From an uncultured Anaerolineales bacterium (lineage in GTDB: Bacteria; Chloroflexota; Anaerolineae; Anaerolineales; UBA11858): a DNA stretch of 64,000 nucleotides. The position numbers and the translations under genes are program-made. Each line of letters begins with the position of its first letter. Position 1 is the stretch's first letter. Below are positions 29,777 through 37,804 of the stretch, in pieces. The stretch lies in NCBI GenBank assembly GCA_964613985.1, contig CAZTJD010000004.1, positions 16,666 to 80,665 on the forward strand, given 5' to 3'. Below the pieces are notes generated by a model that made no database searches, was not told the DNA's origin, and saw nothing but the letters and a program-made list of their open reading frames with translations.

Positions 29777-30535
29777 ATGAAAATTTTAACGATCTTCGCT
29801 CATCCTGACGACGAAACCATATTCAGTGGTGGTACTATGGTCTTATTAAATCGAGCCGGGGCTCAAATCCACTTCCTCTGTGCAACTCGTGGCGAGGGAG
29901 GTGAACTTGGTGAACCAGCAGTTTCATCTCGAAAAGATATTCACATTTACAGGGAAAGAGAATTGATCCAGGCGATCGAAGCGTTGGGCGGCGGTTCACT
30001 TTCTTTCTTAGGCTACCTGGATCCCCTCATCGGTGAAAGTGACCAACTATACCCATATACCGAAAATTTCGATGGTTTAGCTGGAAAAATAACTCGAGGT
30101 ATCCAGGAAATCCAGCCTGACGCCATCATTACCCACGGTAGCAATGGCGAATACGGACATCCAGGTCACATACTGACGAATATGGCTGTTCGGGCTGCAG
30201 TAGAACAACTCGAAAAAGATGCGCCACTTTTGTACACCTTCAGCGCTATTTTTCCCGATCACCCACGAACACGACAGGCAAATTCCGCTGACCCAGCCCA
30301 TCTCATCCTTGATGTCTCATCAGCCATGGCGCAAAAGGCACGAGCAGCCTATTGCCATATCTCTCAACATGCCCTGTTTTTACGTCGCGGGTCGAAACAA
30401 GCTGGGTACCGCCTGACCATCCCTGAAATCCTGCTTAGCGTAGAAAGTTTTCACCGAGTGCATCCGCCTTTGAAAGGTGAGCCACAGGACGAATTTATTC
30501 AGATCCTGAGTCCATGGAGAAGAAACAAGCCATGA
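29777..30535 (+). CDS. PIG-L/LmbE-family deacetylase
   Basis: ILTIFAHPDDETIFSGG and a later HPGH motif. Confidence 0.85.
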   Translation: MKILTIFAHPDDETIFSGGTMVLLNRAGAQIHFLCATRGEGGELGEPAVSSRKDIHIYRERELIQAIEALGGGSLSFLGYLDPLIGESDQLYPYTENFDGLAGKITRGIQEIQPDAIITHGSNGEYGHPGHILTNMAVRAAVEQLEKDAPLLYTFSAIFPDHPRTRQANSADPAHLILDVSSAMAQKARAAYCHISQHALFLRRGSKQAGYRLTIPEILLSVESFHRVHPPLKGEPQDEFIQILSPWRRNKP

Positions 30536-30705
30536 AATGAACCCCCTTTTTCGATCATGAGGCCACTGAAAAATCCATGATTTAATTCACCCTAAACATT
30601 TTTATAAATTTTAACAATCATAGGGTTGTTTGTTTCTACAAATAATTATCGGTTAAGAATTCGCGTGAAACCCTTAAGGCTTCCTAGTTAAATACTCGAT
30701 TTCAA

Positions 30706-31455
30706 ATGTCCAAAACAGAACTCTACCTGCAAAAACCTCTTATGAATGCTGCCGGTAGCCTGGGGTTCTCCCCAGACTTGAAAACCCTGTTTAACTTCAC
30801 CGGACTTGGTGGTTTCGTGACCAACCCTACAAGTTGGGCACCCCGTACACCAGCGAGAGGGGAGCGCTTTATACCCTTTCCCGGTGGTTTCCTGGTCCAT
30901 ACTGGTTATCCAAATCCAGGATTAAGGGCAATCATCCGCCACTATGCCAGGCGATGGGCAAGTTCTCCAGTGCCCATCATCGTTCACCTTTTAGCCCAGG
31001 ATGCGGACACAGTGGAAAGGATGGTCAGACATTTAGAAGGAGTTGAAGGTATCATCGGAGTCGAAATCGGCTTACCACCAGAAATTAGTCCTGATGCGGC
31101 TTATGCAATGGCAGTAGCAGCTCTTGTCGAACTTGCGGTGATCGTCCGACTACCTTTTGAAGCTGGTCCGGAGTTGATAGCTGCTTTAAACATGACGGAT
31201 ATAAACGCGGTCAGCATCGCCCCACCGCGCGGTATCCTTCCCGGACCATTAGGCTCTCTGATAACTGGGCGCTTATACGGACCAGGCTTGTTACCTCAGG
31301 CTTTAGCCAAAACAAAGAATCTTATCGAGAGTGGAATACCTGTCATCGGCGGAGGTGGAGTATATACTCAGGAAGATTACCAGTCATATCTCGATATTGG
31401 AGCGATTGCAGTACAGCTTGATTCTGTTTTATGGTGTGGTGGTTTTTTTAGATAG
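30706..31455 (+). CDS. Dihydroorotate dehydrogenase-fold protein lacking canonical catalytic residues
   Basis: KPLMNAAGSLGF, GYPNPGL and IGGGGVYTQEDYQSYLDIGAIAVQL match the class-1 PyrD scaffold. The NxSCPN active-site loop reads GLPPEI instead. Confidence 0.65.
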   Translation: MSKTELYLQKPLMNAAGSLGFSPDLKTLFNFTGLGGFVTNPTSWAPRTPARGERFIPFPGGFLVHTGYPNPGLRAIIRHYARRWASSPVPIIVHLLAQDADTVERMVRHLEGVEGIIGVEIGLPPEISPDAAYAMAVAALVELAVIVRLPFEAGPELIAALNMTDINAVSIAPPRGILPGPLGSLITGRLYGPGLLPQALAKTKNLIESGIPVIGGGGVYTQEDYQSYLDIGAIAVQLDSVLWCGGFFR

Positions 31456-31461
31456 CAAGGC

Positions 31462-31902
31462 TTGAAACTGATGCCTTTTAGTTTAGATCCCCAACCGAAA
31501 GAAGACGAGATCGAGTGTGCCAGATGCGGTGCGCTGATCTACTACAAGCTTACTCGCTGTCCCGAATGCGGCGTTAACCTTTATGAGCAAAAGGACGAGT
31601 TTGATCAAGAATATTTTGATGGATTTCAGGAGTCAATCCACCGATACAAGTCTATTTTTTCCTGGATAAGAGAAATATTTAAGAGATTAACTGGCAGCCC
31701 TTATTCTATAGAAGAAGTCTTTGGGACGGAATTAGATCAGGCATATCTTTACAGTCAACTGCTCACCAGGGTTGGTGGTGATCGCCAACTTGTAGACCGT
31801 TTGATCCAGTTCGAACAACAGCATACCCAAGATGGAAGCCATTACCTCTGGTTGAAGAAAGCCCTTGACCGTTGGGAACGCGATAACGACAGTTCTTCTT
31901 AA
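31462..31902 (+). CDS. Zinc-ribbon protein, unknown function
   Basis: CARCG...CPECG is a zinc-ribbon motif. The ORF starts 6 nt after the PyrD-like gene. An alternative ATG lies at 31471. Confidence 0.45.
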   Translation: MKLMPFSLDPQPKEDEIECARCGALIYYKLTRCPECGVNLYEQKDEFDQEYFDGFQESIHRYKSIFSWIREIFKRLTGSPYSIEEVFGTELDQAYLYSQLLTRVGGDRQLVDRLIQFEQQHTQDGSHYLWLKKALDRWERDNDSSS

Positions 31903-33287
31903 ATATTTTTTTGGGGAAACCCCACATTATAATGCACATCTACCCATTTCGGTCCTCGACGAGGTTTTGGCTTCTTCCCGTAAAACAGGTCATCCATCCA
32001 CAACGCTACTCGACGGAAGAATCCAGAGTGCTGAATACCCCAACGGATCAGGTTATGACTGAAGTTGTTAGGATGTGAAAAGGGACAAACACTCATGCAC
32101 CGGGCACAGTCTGTCCCAGCCACGTTCCAATATCGGAAGCAGGTATCCGGGTTGAGCTTCCAACGGGTAGCGTCATTAATTTCCTGTCGCGGCCCGAATG
32201 GGATTGAGTCAGATGGACAGACCCGAGCACATTTCTCACAGATAGTGCAGAAGTCGATAACAGCCTGGTTAGGTTTACGAGAGTCCGGGATCAGCTCCAG
32301 GCCGGTGGTTACCACTCCCAGACGGACGCGCGGCCCTTCCCGAGGAGTCATCAATAAGGTCATCCGTCCAATCTCCCCCAGACCTGCATCACGAGCAACA
32401 AGAGGTGCGATGACACGGTAGTTCCCATCGATGTGGGCTCGGGCTGGATATCCCATCGCCCGGATTGCCCCTGCCAACTGAACTGCCACCCGAGCTGATT
32501 CTACATACTGTTTTCCGGTTTCCATGGAGGTTGGTGGGTGAGGACCTGTCCCAACCAATCGATAATTCATTTCTACTGTGAAAGCTATGGCATAAGCATG
32601 CATTACACTCAGGGGCTCACCATATGTCCCCGAACCTCTTCCAATATGGGAATACACATGATAGGGTTGCAGCAGAGTCACACCGACGTCTTTTGCCCCG
32701 TAAAAACATGCCAGATTCTTGACATACCATGTCATTTCTTTTGTGTTCCAAGTTTGAATCTCTTTCGAAACTGGTCCGTCCACCGCATCCCTGAGTGATT
32801 CGGTCATGAAGAAACTACCCTCAACGCTGGCAAACTGTAAAGGGTTGGCAAATTTCGATCCTGGAGATAATAAACCAGGTTTAGACCTGGTGATATTGTC
32901 CTCAATCTCGTGGTTCGGATGCGAAGAATAATAACTTTTATATTCCGACGTGCCTGGCAATAATCCAATACGAGCAAACATGATTTCCCGCTCATCAAAA
33001 CGTGTCCGAGGAATATCATTAACTGGATCAACCTTACCAATCGGCAGAAAAAATAAAATAATTAGCCCCACTAAGGAGGTAATTATTAACCAGAAAGCAA
33101 CCAAGGGAACAGGTTGTGGTAGCACCGTTAAACCTAAAAATATTCCACCGCCTCCAATTGCGGCTGTCAATGCTACTCGTGAAGCCCGGTATTCCTTTTC
33201 AAAAAATGACATCACCCCGAATCCAATCAGGCTTAGTAGTGTAATACTTCCAAAAATAAAAAGTGAAATCGTAGCGATTTGTTCCAT
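31899..33287 (-). CDS. Membrane-anchored reductive-dehalogenase-like (RdhA/QueG superfamily) Fe-S protein
   Basis: Three N-terminal transmembrane helices. The protein has GPRVRLGVVTT and two Fe-S motifs, CTICEKCARVCP and CARCMSVCPF. No Tat signal is present. Confidence 0.6.
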   Translation of the reverse strand: MEQIATISLFIFGSITLLSLIGFGVMSFFEKEYRASRVALTAAIGGGGIFLGLTVLPQPVPLVAFWLIITSLVGLIILFFLPIGKVDPVNDIPRTRFDEREIMFARIGLLPGTSEYKSYYSSHPNHEIEDNITRSKPGLLSPGSKFANPLQFASVEGSFFMTESLRDAVDGPVSKEIQTWNTKEMTWYVKNLACFYGAKDVGVTLLQPYHVYSHIGRGSGTYGEPLSVMHAYAIAFTVEMNYRLVGTGPHPPTSMETGKQYVESARVAVQLAGAIRAMGYPARAHIDGNYRVIAPLVARDAGLGEIGRMTLLMTPREGPRVRLGVVTTGLELIPDSRKPNQAVIDFCTICEKCARVCPSDSIPFGPRQEINDATRWKLNPDTCFRYWNVAGTDCARCMSVCPFSHPNNFSHNLIRWGIQHSGFFRRVALWMDDLFYGKKPKPRRGPKWVDVHYNVGFPQKNI

Positions 33288-33442
33288 AAATAACCTTTAT
33301 CTGGCATTCAAACCAATTTTAGAGACAAGAAAACATAGAGGATTTTCGATACATAGCACCCTGATGCCTTTTTGTGTTCTTTCCATCACCATTGTTCGTA
33401 ACCTCATCGGCGGTTTGTTGAGGTTATTCCAGCAAACTGCCA

Positions 33443-33712
33443 AGCCGAATTTCATTCGGCCGTCATCCTGCGTGGAGCGAAGCAAAAAAAGGATTTCCTG
33501 AATCAAGGATGAGATTCTTCGCTTCATGCAGAAAGAAAATCCAAATTTTAATATTTGTTAAATCACTAGTGGTCTGTCAAGTATGAATATATAGGATAAC
33601 TATCAATAAAGAAGGTAAGGTTTCAGTCAGCACAAGGTAGAGATTCTTCACTCCACTTCGTTTCGTTCAGAATGACATTATTAAGAATGAGATTTGACAG
33701 ACCACTAGATTC
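33443..33712. repeat. Cluster of nested inverted repeats and short dispersed-repeat-like units in an intergenic region
   Basis: GCCGAAT/ATTCGGC hairpin (33444-33460). GTCATCCTGCGTGGAGCGAAG (33462-33482) has inverted partial copies at 33517-33531 and 33640-33676. A 19-bp inverted repeat, AATCACTAGTGGTCTGTCAA (33561-33580) paired with TTGACAGACCACTAGATT (33694-33711), also lies here. Confidence 0.55.
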
Positions 33713-33888
33713 CAAGATTATATTAAGATAGAATACTCCCGAGTAAAAATGTTGCTCATCAAAGAAAATAAAATTCTATCATATGTAAATTGTGCCCTAA
33801 ACACAATAGGGATAGTGTGGTTGACAATTTACCCAGCGCTCGAATGCTGGTCTGGCAATTATAAACCAAAGACTATTAGAGGTAATTT

Positions 33889-34590
33889 ATGACATATTTC
33901 CGTTACCACCCAGAAATCCTCTCTCGTTTTCCAGACATCGTTTGTGGAGCCCTGGTCGCCAGAGACATGAACAACTGTCCTCCATCTGAAGCCCTTCAAA
34001 CTCTTTACCAGACAGAACAACAAGCCGCGCTAACCAAGATTGGTGACACCTCCCTGAGCGAGCTTGAATCCTTGAGTGCCTGGCGAGCAGCTTTTCGTAC
34101 TTTTGGCGTAAACCCCACCAAGTATCGAAGCGCGGCTGAAGCCCTTCTCCGCCGATTAACAAAGAAAGGCGATGTCCCTTCCATTAATTCAATCGTCGAT
34201 ATCTGCAATTTGGTCAGTATTCGTTACGCGCTACCTGTTGCTGCTTTTGACACCCGCCATTTATCTCTACCAATCACTGTTTGTTTTGCGGAAGGTCATG
34301 AATGTTTCACTCCATTATTCTTAGAAGAATGTGAACACCCCGACCCTGGGGAGGTCATCTTCAATGATGAGAATAACCTTGTAGTCGCCAGGCGATGGTG
34401 CTGGCGTCAGAGTGATGAGTCTGCCACGCGCCTCGAAACTAACGCAGCCATTTTTACCATTGAAGCCCACCATCGCAAGGGGAAAACGAATATAGAAAAT
34501 GCGCTAGATGATCTACAGATTCTGCTCAGCCACTTCATTGGTGGCAAAATACAAGCATCAGTCCTTGATGCGAACAACCCCGAGTTTTAA
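33889..34590 (+). CDS. B3/B4 tRNA-binding-domain protein
   Basis: AWRAAFRTFGVNPTKYRSAAEALLRRL...INSIVDICNLVSIRYALPVAAFD matches the B3_4 domain family. Confidence 0.7.
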   Translation: MTYFRYHPEILSRFPDIVCGALVARDMNNCPPSEALQTLYQTEQQAALTKIGDTSLSELESLSAWRAAFRTFGVNPTKYRSAAEALLRRLTKKGDVPSINSIVDICNLVSIRYALPVAAFDTRHLSLPITVCFAEGHECFTPLFLEECEHPDPGEVIFNDENNLVVARRWCWRQSDESATRLETNAAIFTIEAHHRKGKTNIENALDDLQILLSHFIGGKIQASVLDANNPEF

Positions 34591-34740
34591 TATTTTATTT
34601 TGTACTCCTAATCAATAATAAAAATCATGAATCAAAAGAGAGGATCAATTCCAGAGCGATTTTCCTCTTTGCTCAATAAGTTTTTTGTGCTATGCTATAC
34701 AAAGATGAATGAATAATTTTATATACCAAAGGAGGCAGTC

Positions 34741-35208
34741 ATGAGTTATCACGATGAAAAATACGAAGAAAAAGAGATGCAAAAACGAGAAGAAAAATCA
34801 GTGGAGGAGAAATCGGCTGAGGAGAAATCTTATGAAGAAAAATATCGCCGAGACCCCTTAGGAACCCTTATCTGGGCTTTCATCTTGATCTGGGCTGGAG
34901 TGGTCTGGCTCGCATCCAACTTCGGGTTTCTAGCCCGTTTTCGAAACAGCTTCTCAGGTCTACCATTTCATTTCCCCTTCGCTCGAGAAGTGTGGCCGCT
35001 TTTCTTTCTCGGTGCTGGCGTAATCCTGCTAATTGAGGTCATAATTCGCCTGACTGTGCCAAATTACCGCCGACCCGTCCTGGGAACTTTTATCTTAGCT
35101 GTGGTTTTCTTTGGTATCGGTCTGGGAAACTGGGCCTTAATCTGGCCCATCGTCTTAATCATCATCGGCGCCACCATCCTATTACGAGGAATGTTCCGGA
35201 GAGGTTGA
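34741..35208 (+). CDS. Small membrane protein with an N-terminal EEKSx pentapeptide repeat
   Basis: SD aaaggagg. Four tandem 15-nt units (34789-34848) encode EEKSV/EEKSA/EEKSY/EEKYR, followed by three transmembrane segments. Confidence 0.6.
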   Translation: MSYHDEKYEEKEMQKREEKSVEEKSAEEKSYEEKYRRDPLGTLIWAFILIWAGVVWLASNFGFLARFRNSFSGLPFHFPFAREVWPLFFLGAGVILLIEVIIRLTVPNYRRPVLGTFILAVVFFGIGLGNWALIWPIVLIIIGATILLRGMFRRG

Positions 35209-35231
35209 TCATTCCGGATTTATATATAAAC

Positions 35232-35268
35232 GAGGCTGCCCTTTTTGGACAGCCTCATTTATTTTATA
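35232..35268 (+). terminator. Rho-independent terminator candidate
   Basis: GAGGCTG-cccttttttgga-CAGCCTC followed by ATTTATTTTAT. Confidence 0.55.
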
Positions 35269-35399
35269 CATGAGGCAAAGACCAGGAAGTATCGAAGAGA
35301 TCCCTGGTTTGTAAGTTCCTTTACTATTCACCTTCCCTTTCAATGCTTCCCAAAAAACCATTCAGTCATTCTTATTTCCGATTTATTCAAGGAAACACC

Positions 35400-36069
35400 C
35401 TACACATACTTCCTTAGAGGTTGGAGGTCATATACCACTCGTTTTAGGGAGATCACCCCATCAATTATCGTAGCATAATGCGCTGTCTGGTCAGGATCAT
35501 CAGCTCGCCGGTAGGAAACGCTTCCGGGATTTATCCACAGTACACAGTTACTCAGGTCTCAGGTAGCGTACAGCCTGCCGATGGGTATGACCCAAGATCA
35601 GACGGTTGAAATCGGTTCCTTAAAACACTCCGAATTTAGTTTTTCGGAAATCCTCAAAAGCATAAAAACTAACGATCTCTTCATATTCTTTATAAAGATG
35701 AGTCATCCCATATTTTATGACATCAAGCTGAAAAGTGATTGATTCTGGTAGGAATTCCAAGAACAGGATATCTTCTTCCTGTAGCAAACTAGCATTGTGG
35801 TGCACCCGGGCTCGTTCTCTTCTGGAAACTTTCCTCAAAAAATTACCCCACCTGTAATTCATTACCACCCACTTATCATGGCTCCCTTGGGTACAGACAA
35901 CACCACGCGTTCTAATTCATGCCAGGACTTCACGCGGGAACGGACCATAATCCACCAGGTCACTCGTACAGTAAATCTGGTCCCGTTCTCCCTCCTGAGC
36001 ACATATTGCCTCCAGGGCGTGGATATTGCTGTGGTTACCATTCATTAGGGCCAAGGCGGATGTCTTCAT
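35400..36069 (-). pseudogene. Calcineurin-like metallophosphoesterase (YfcE/MJ0936-type), multiply disrupted
   Basis: Minus strand reads MKTSALALMNGNHSNIHALEAI...DLVDYGPFPREVLA-TGA-IRTRGVVCTQGSHD...-TAA-GTDFNRLILGHTHRQAV. After a frameshift it reads INPGSVSYRRADDPDQTAHYATIIDGVISLKRVVYD. Stops lie at 35917-35919 and 35620-35622. Confidence 0.7.
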
Positions 36070-36111
36070 CTCAGCGCTTTAGAAAATCAAATCACTGCTA
36101 AGTCAGCATCT

Positions 36112-36410
36112 TTGTTGAAAGTCAGGTTAATAGCAGAAGGAGCGAACAGATCTATAGATATCAAGGGGGCTGATATTTGCAGCAAAGAGGTATTCAGGTG
36201 CTTCCTGACATTTTATGTAATTCTGGTGGAGTCACCGTGGGTTATTTCGAGTGGCTTCAATACAAACGCAGTGAATTTTGGGACCTGGAACAAGTAAATG
36301 ATAAACAACATCGCATAATGATCAATGCTTATCAAGGGGTATAACAGGTTGCAGATAAAACAATACAGATTGGCGTACTGCCGCCTATATTGTCCGGCTG
36401 TATTCGCTCA
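36112..36410 (+). pseudogene. Glutamate (Glu/Leu/Phe/Val) dehydrogenase C-terminal remnant
   Basis: The fragments IAEGANRSIDIKGADI, VLPDILCNSGGVTVGYFEWLQYKRSEFWDLEQVN and DWRTAAYIV lie in three different frames with a stop between them. The first roughly 300 codons of a GDH are absent. Confidence 0.65.
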
Positions 36411-36416
36411 TCATCC

Positions 36417-37802
36417 TTAAAACGAAGGGTTGGAGTGAGATATCTCCAGGTCCCGAGCACACAGGAACCTGGGCACGATCATCGCTGTCGGGTTTCGTGC
36501 TCCATAACTTTGGGAGGTATTATATGGGATCGTTTTTTCTGATAACCACGCCACTTTTTCTCCAAAGATATCTAACAAGCTTTGGGTCAAGCGGACATTA
36601 TAAGGTGTTATCACACTCCCATCACGCTTCAATAAGAGTGCTCCGAACCGTGAACTCCCCGTGATTACGCCTTTAGAGGGGTTGACAATATTCATGTAGT
36701 GCAAGAAAGGTATATACAGCATATCCTTTTGCCGCTTCATTCCCACCAATCCCTCCAGAGTATTAATTTGTGCTTCTCCGGATCTTAACACAAGGCTATT
36801 ATGTGGAACAGTATGCCCAGTGGGTTCTGCGCCAAACTCATCAGCATCATCTTGAGTCCACAAGAATCCTTTAAAAACGCCAGCATCAAAGATTGGATAT
36901 TGCTTTCGAGGGATGCCAGTAAGGTCACGCAGATATGGGAAGGTTTCCAGATATCCTGGATCATCAATAAGGTTGATCCACCCAGAAAACACTTTCTCTC
37001 CGACCCGACTTTCATTCAGGAAGGAGTATCCACGTTTCATCAAGCCACCATTGTATCCTATCCAGTCCATAAAACCGATCATCTCTGCTGTGGCTGCTGA
37101 ACCAAATACGATATCATATCGACCAAGGGGAAGCTGTTGTGCTGGGTTATTTTGATATGTCTCTACCAGGAATGCCAACTCATGATGGACATCCGTAGCA
37201 TCCAAGTCTCCTATTTTCTGGGCGGATTGTTCAGCAATTACTTCCCACTTATCTACGGTATGAGCCAATACAGCAGTAATCTGAGCATCCGATGTCTTGA
37301 AATATTGGGCGTTCTCAGAAGCCGTATTAATCTGGGCGACAATGTTAGTACCATTGGAGAAGATGCCCGATAATCGGATCTGCTCTGTTTCCAAACCCTC
37401 AACCGCTTTATTAAAGTAATACAGCCTATCCTCATTACTGATCTTCGCCAGTGAGGGATCAAAAGCGCTTTCATCAACAAAGTGCTCTTTGAATTGAGGA
37501 ATGGTTGGTTCATAATGAAGCGGTTGCGAATGAACCACAATCTCAGCAGCGGTATCGATCCCCTTTTTCATCTCATCCACTTTTTCCAGGTCCGTGATTA
37601 AAGCATAATTCGCTCGTTTTTTACCTTCATACGCGGTGATATCCAATCGAATCAGGTGCTCATTGGTATTTAAGGATATCGCCGAGTTGGCAAAACGCAT
37701 TAAATAACTATCTTCCTCATGGTAAGAAAGCGTGACACAATATCCCCTTCCTAGGGCATAGGATCGCAGATCACTTAAAGTCTCTAAGATTCTGTCTTTC
37801 AC
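36417..37802 (-). CDS. pmbA: PmbA/TldE-family protein
   Basis: 461-aa TldD/PmbA-fold ORF lacking HExxxH. Its GTG start lies 2 nt after the tldD stop. Confidence 0.8.
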   Translation of the reverse strand: MKDRILETLSDLRSYALGRGYCVTLSYHEEDSYLMRFANSAISLNTNEHLIRLDITAYEGKKRANYALITDLEKVDEMKKGIDTAAEIVVHSQPLHYEPTIPQFKEHFVDESAFDPSLAKISNEDRLYYFNKAVEGLETEQIRLSGIFSNGTNIVAQINTASENAQYFKTSDAQITAVLAHTVDKWEVIAEQSAQKIGDLDATDVHHELAFLVETYQNNPAQQLPLGRYDIVFGSAATAEMIGFMDWIGYNGGLMKRGYSFLNESRVGEKVFSGWINLIDDPGYLETFPYLRDLTGIPRKQYPIFDAGVFKGFLWTQDDADEFGAEPTGHTVPHNSLVLRSGEAQINTLEGLVGMKRQKDMLYIPFLHYMNIVNPSKGVITGSSRFGALLLKRDGSVITPYNVRLTQSLLDIFGEKVAWLSEKTIPYNTSQSYGARNPTAMIVPRFLCARDLEISHSNPSF

Positions 37803-37804
37803 GA

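Noticed and set aside
33297-33527. 76-aa ORF (minus strand), and the 183-aa ORF 32950-33501 (plus strand)
   Set aside because: The first is a translation of the intergenic repeat cluster. The second is mostly antisense to the RdhA-like gene. Neither has an SD or recognisable motifs.
35917-35919. In-frame TGA in the metallophosphoesterase-like gene as a second selenocysteine codon
   Set aside because: The same gene also carries an in-frame TAA and a frameshift, and its metal-binding motifs are degenerate. The TGA position is not a Cys position in this family. It is a pseudogene lesion, not Sec.
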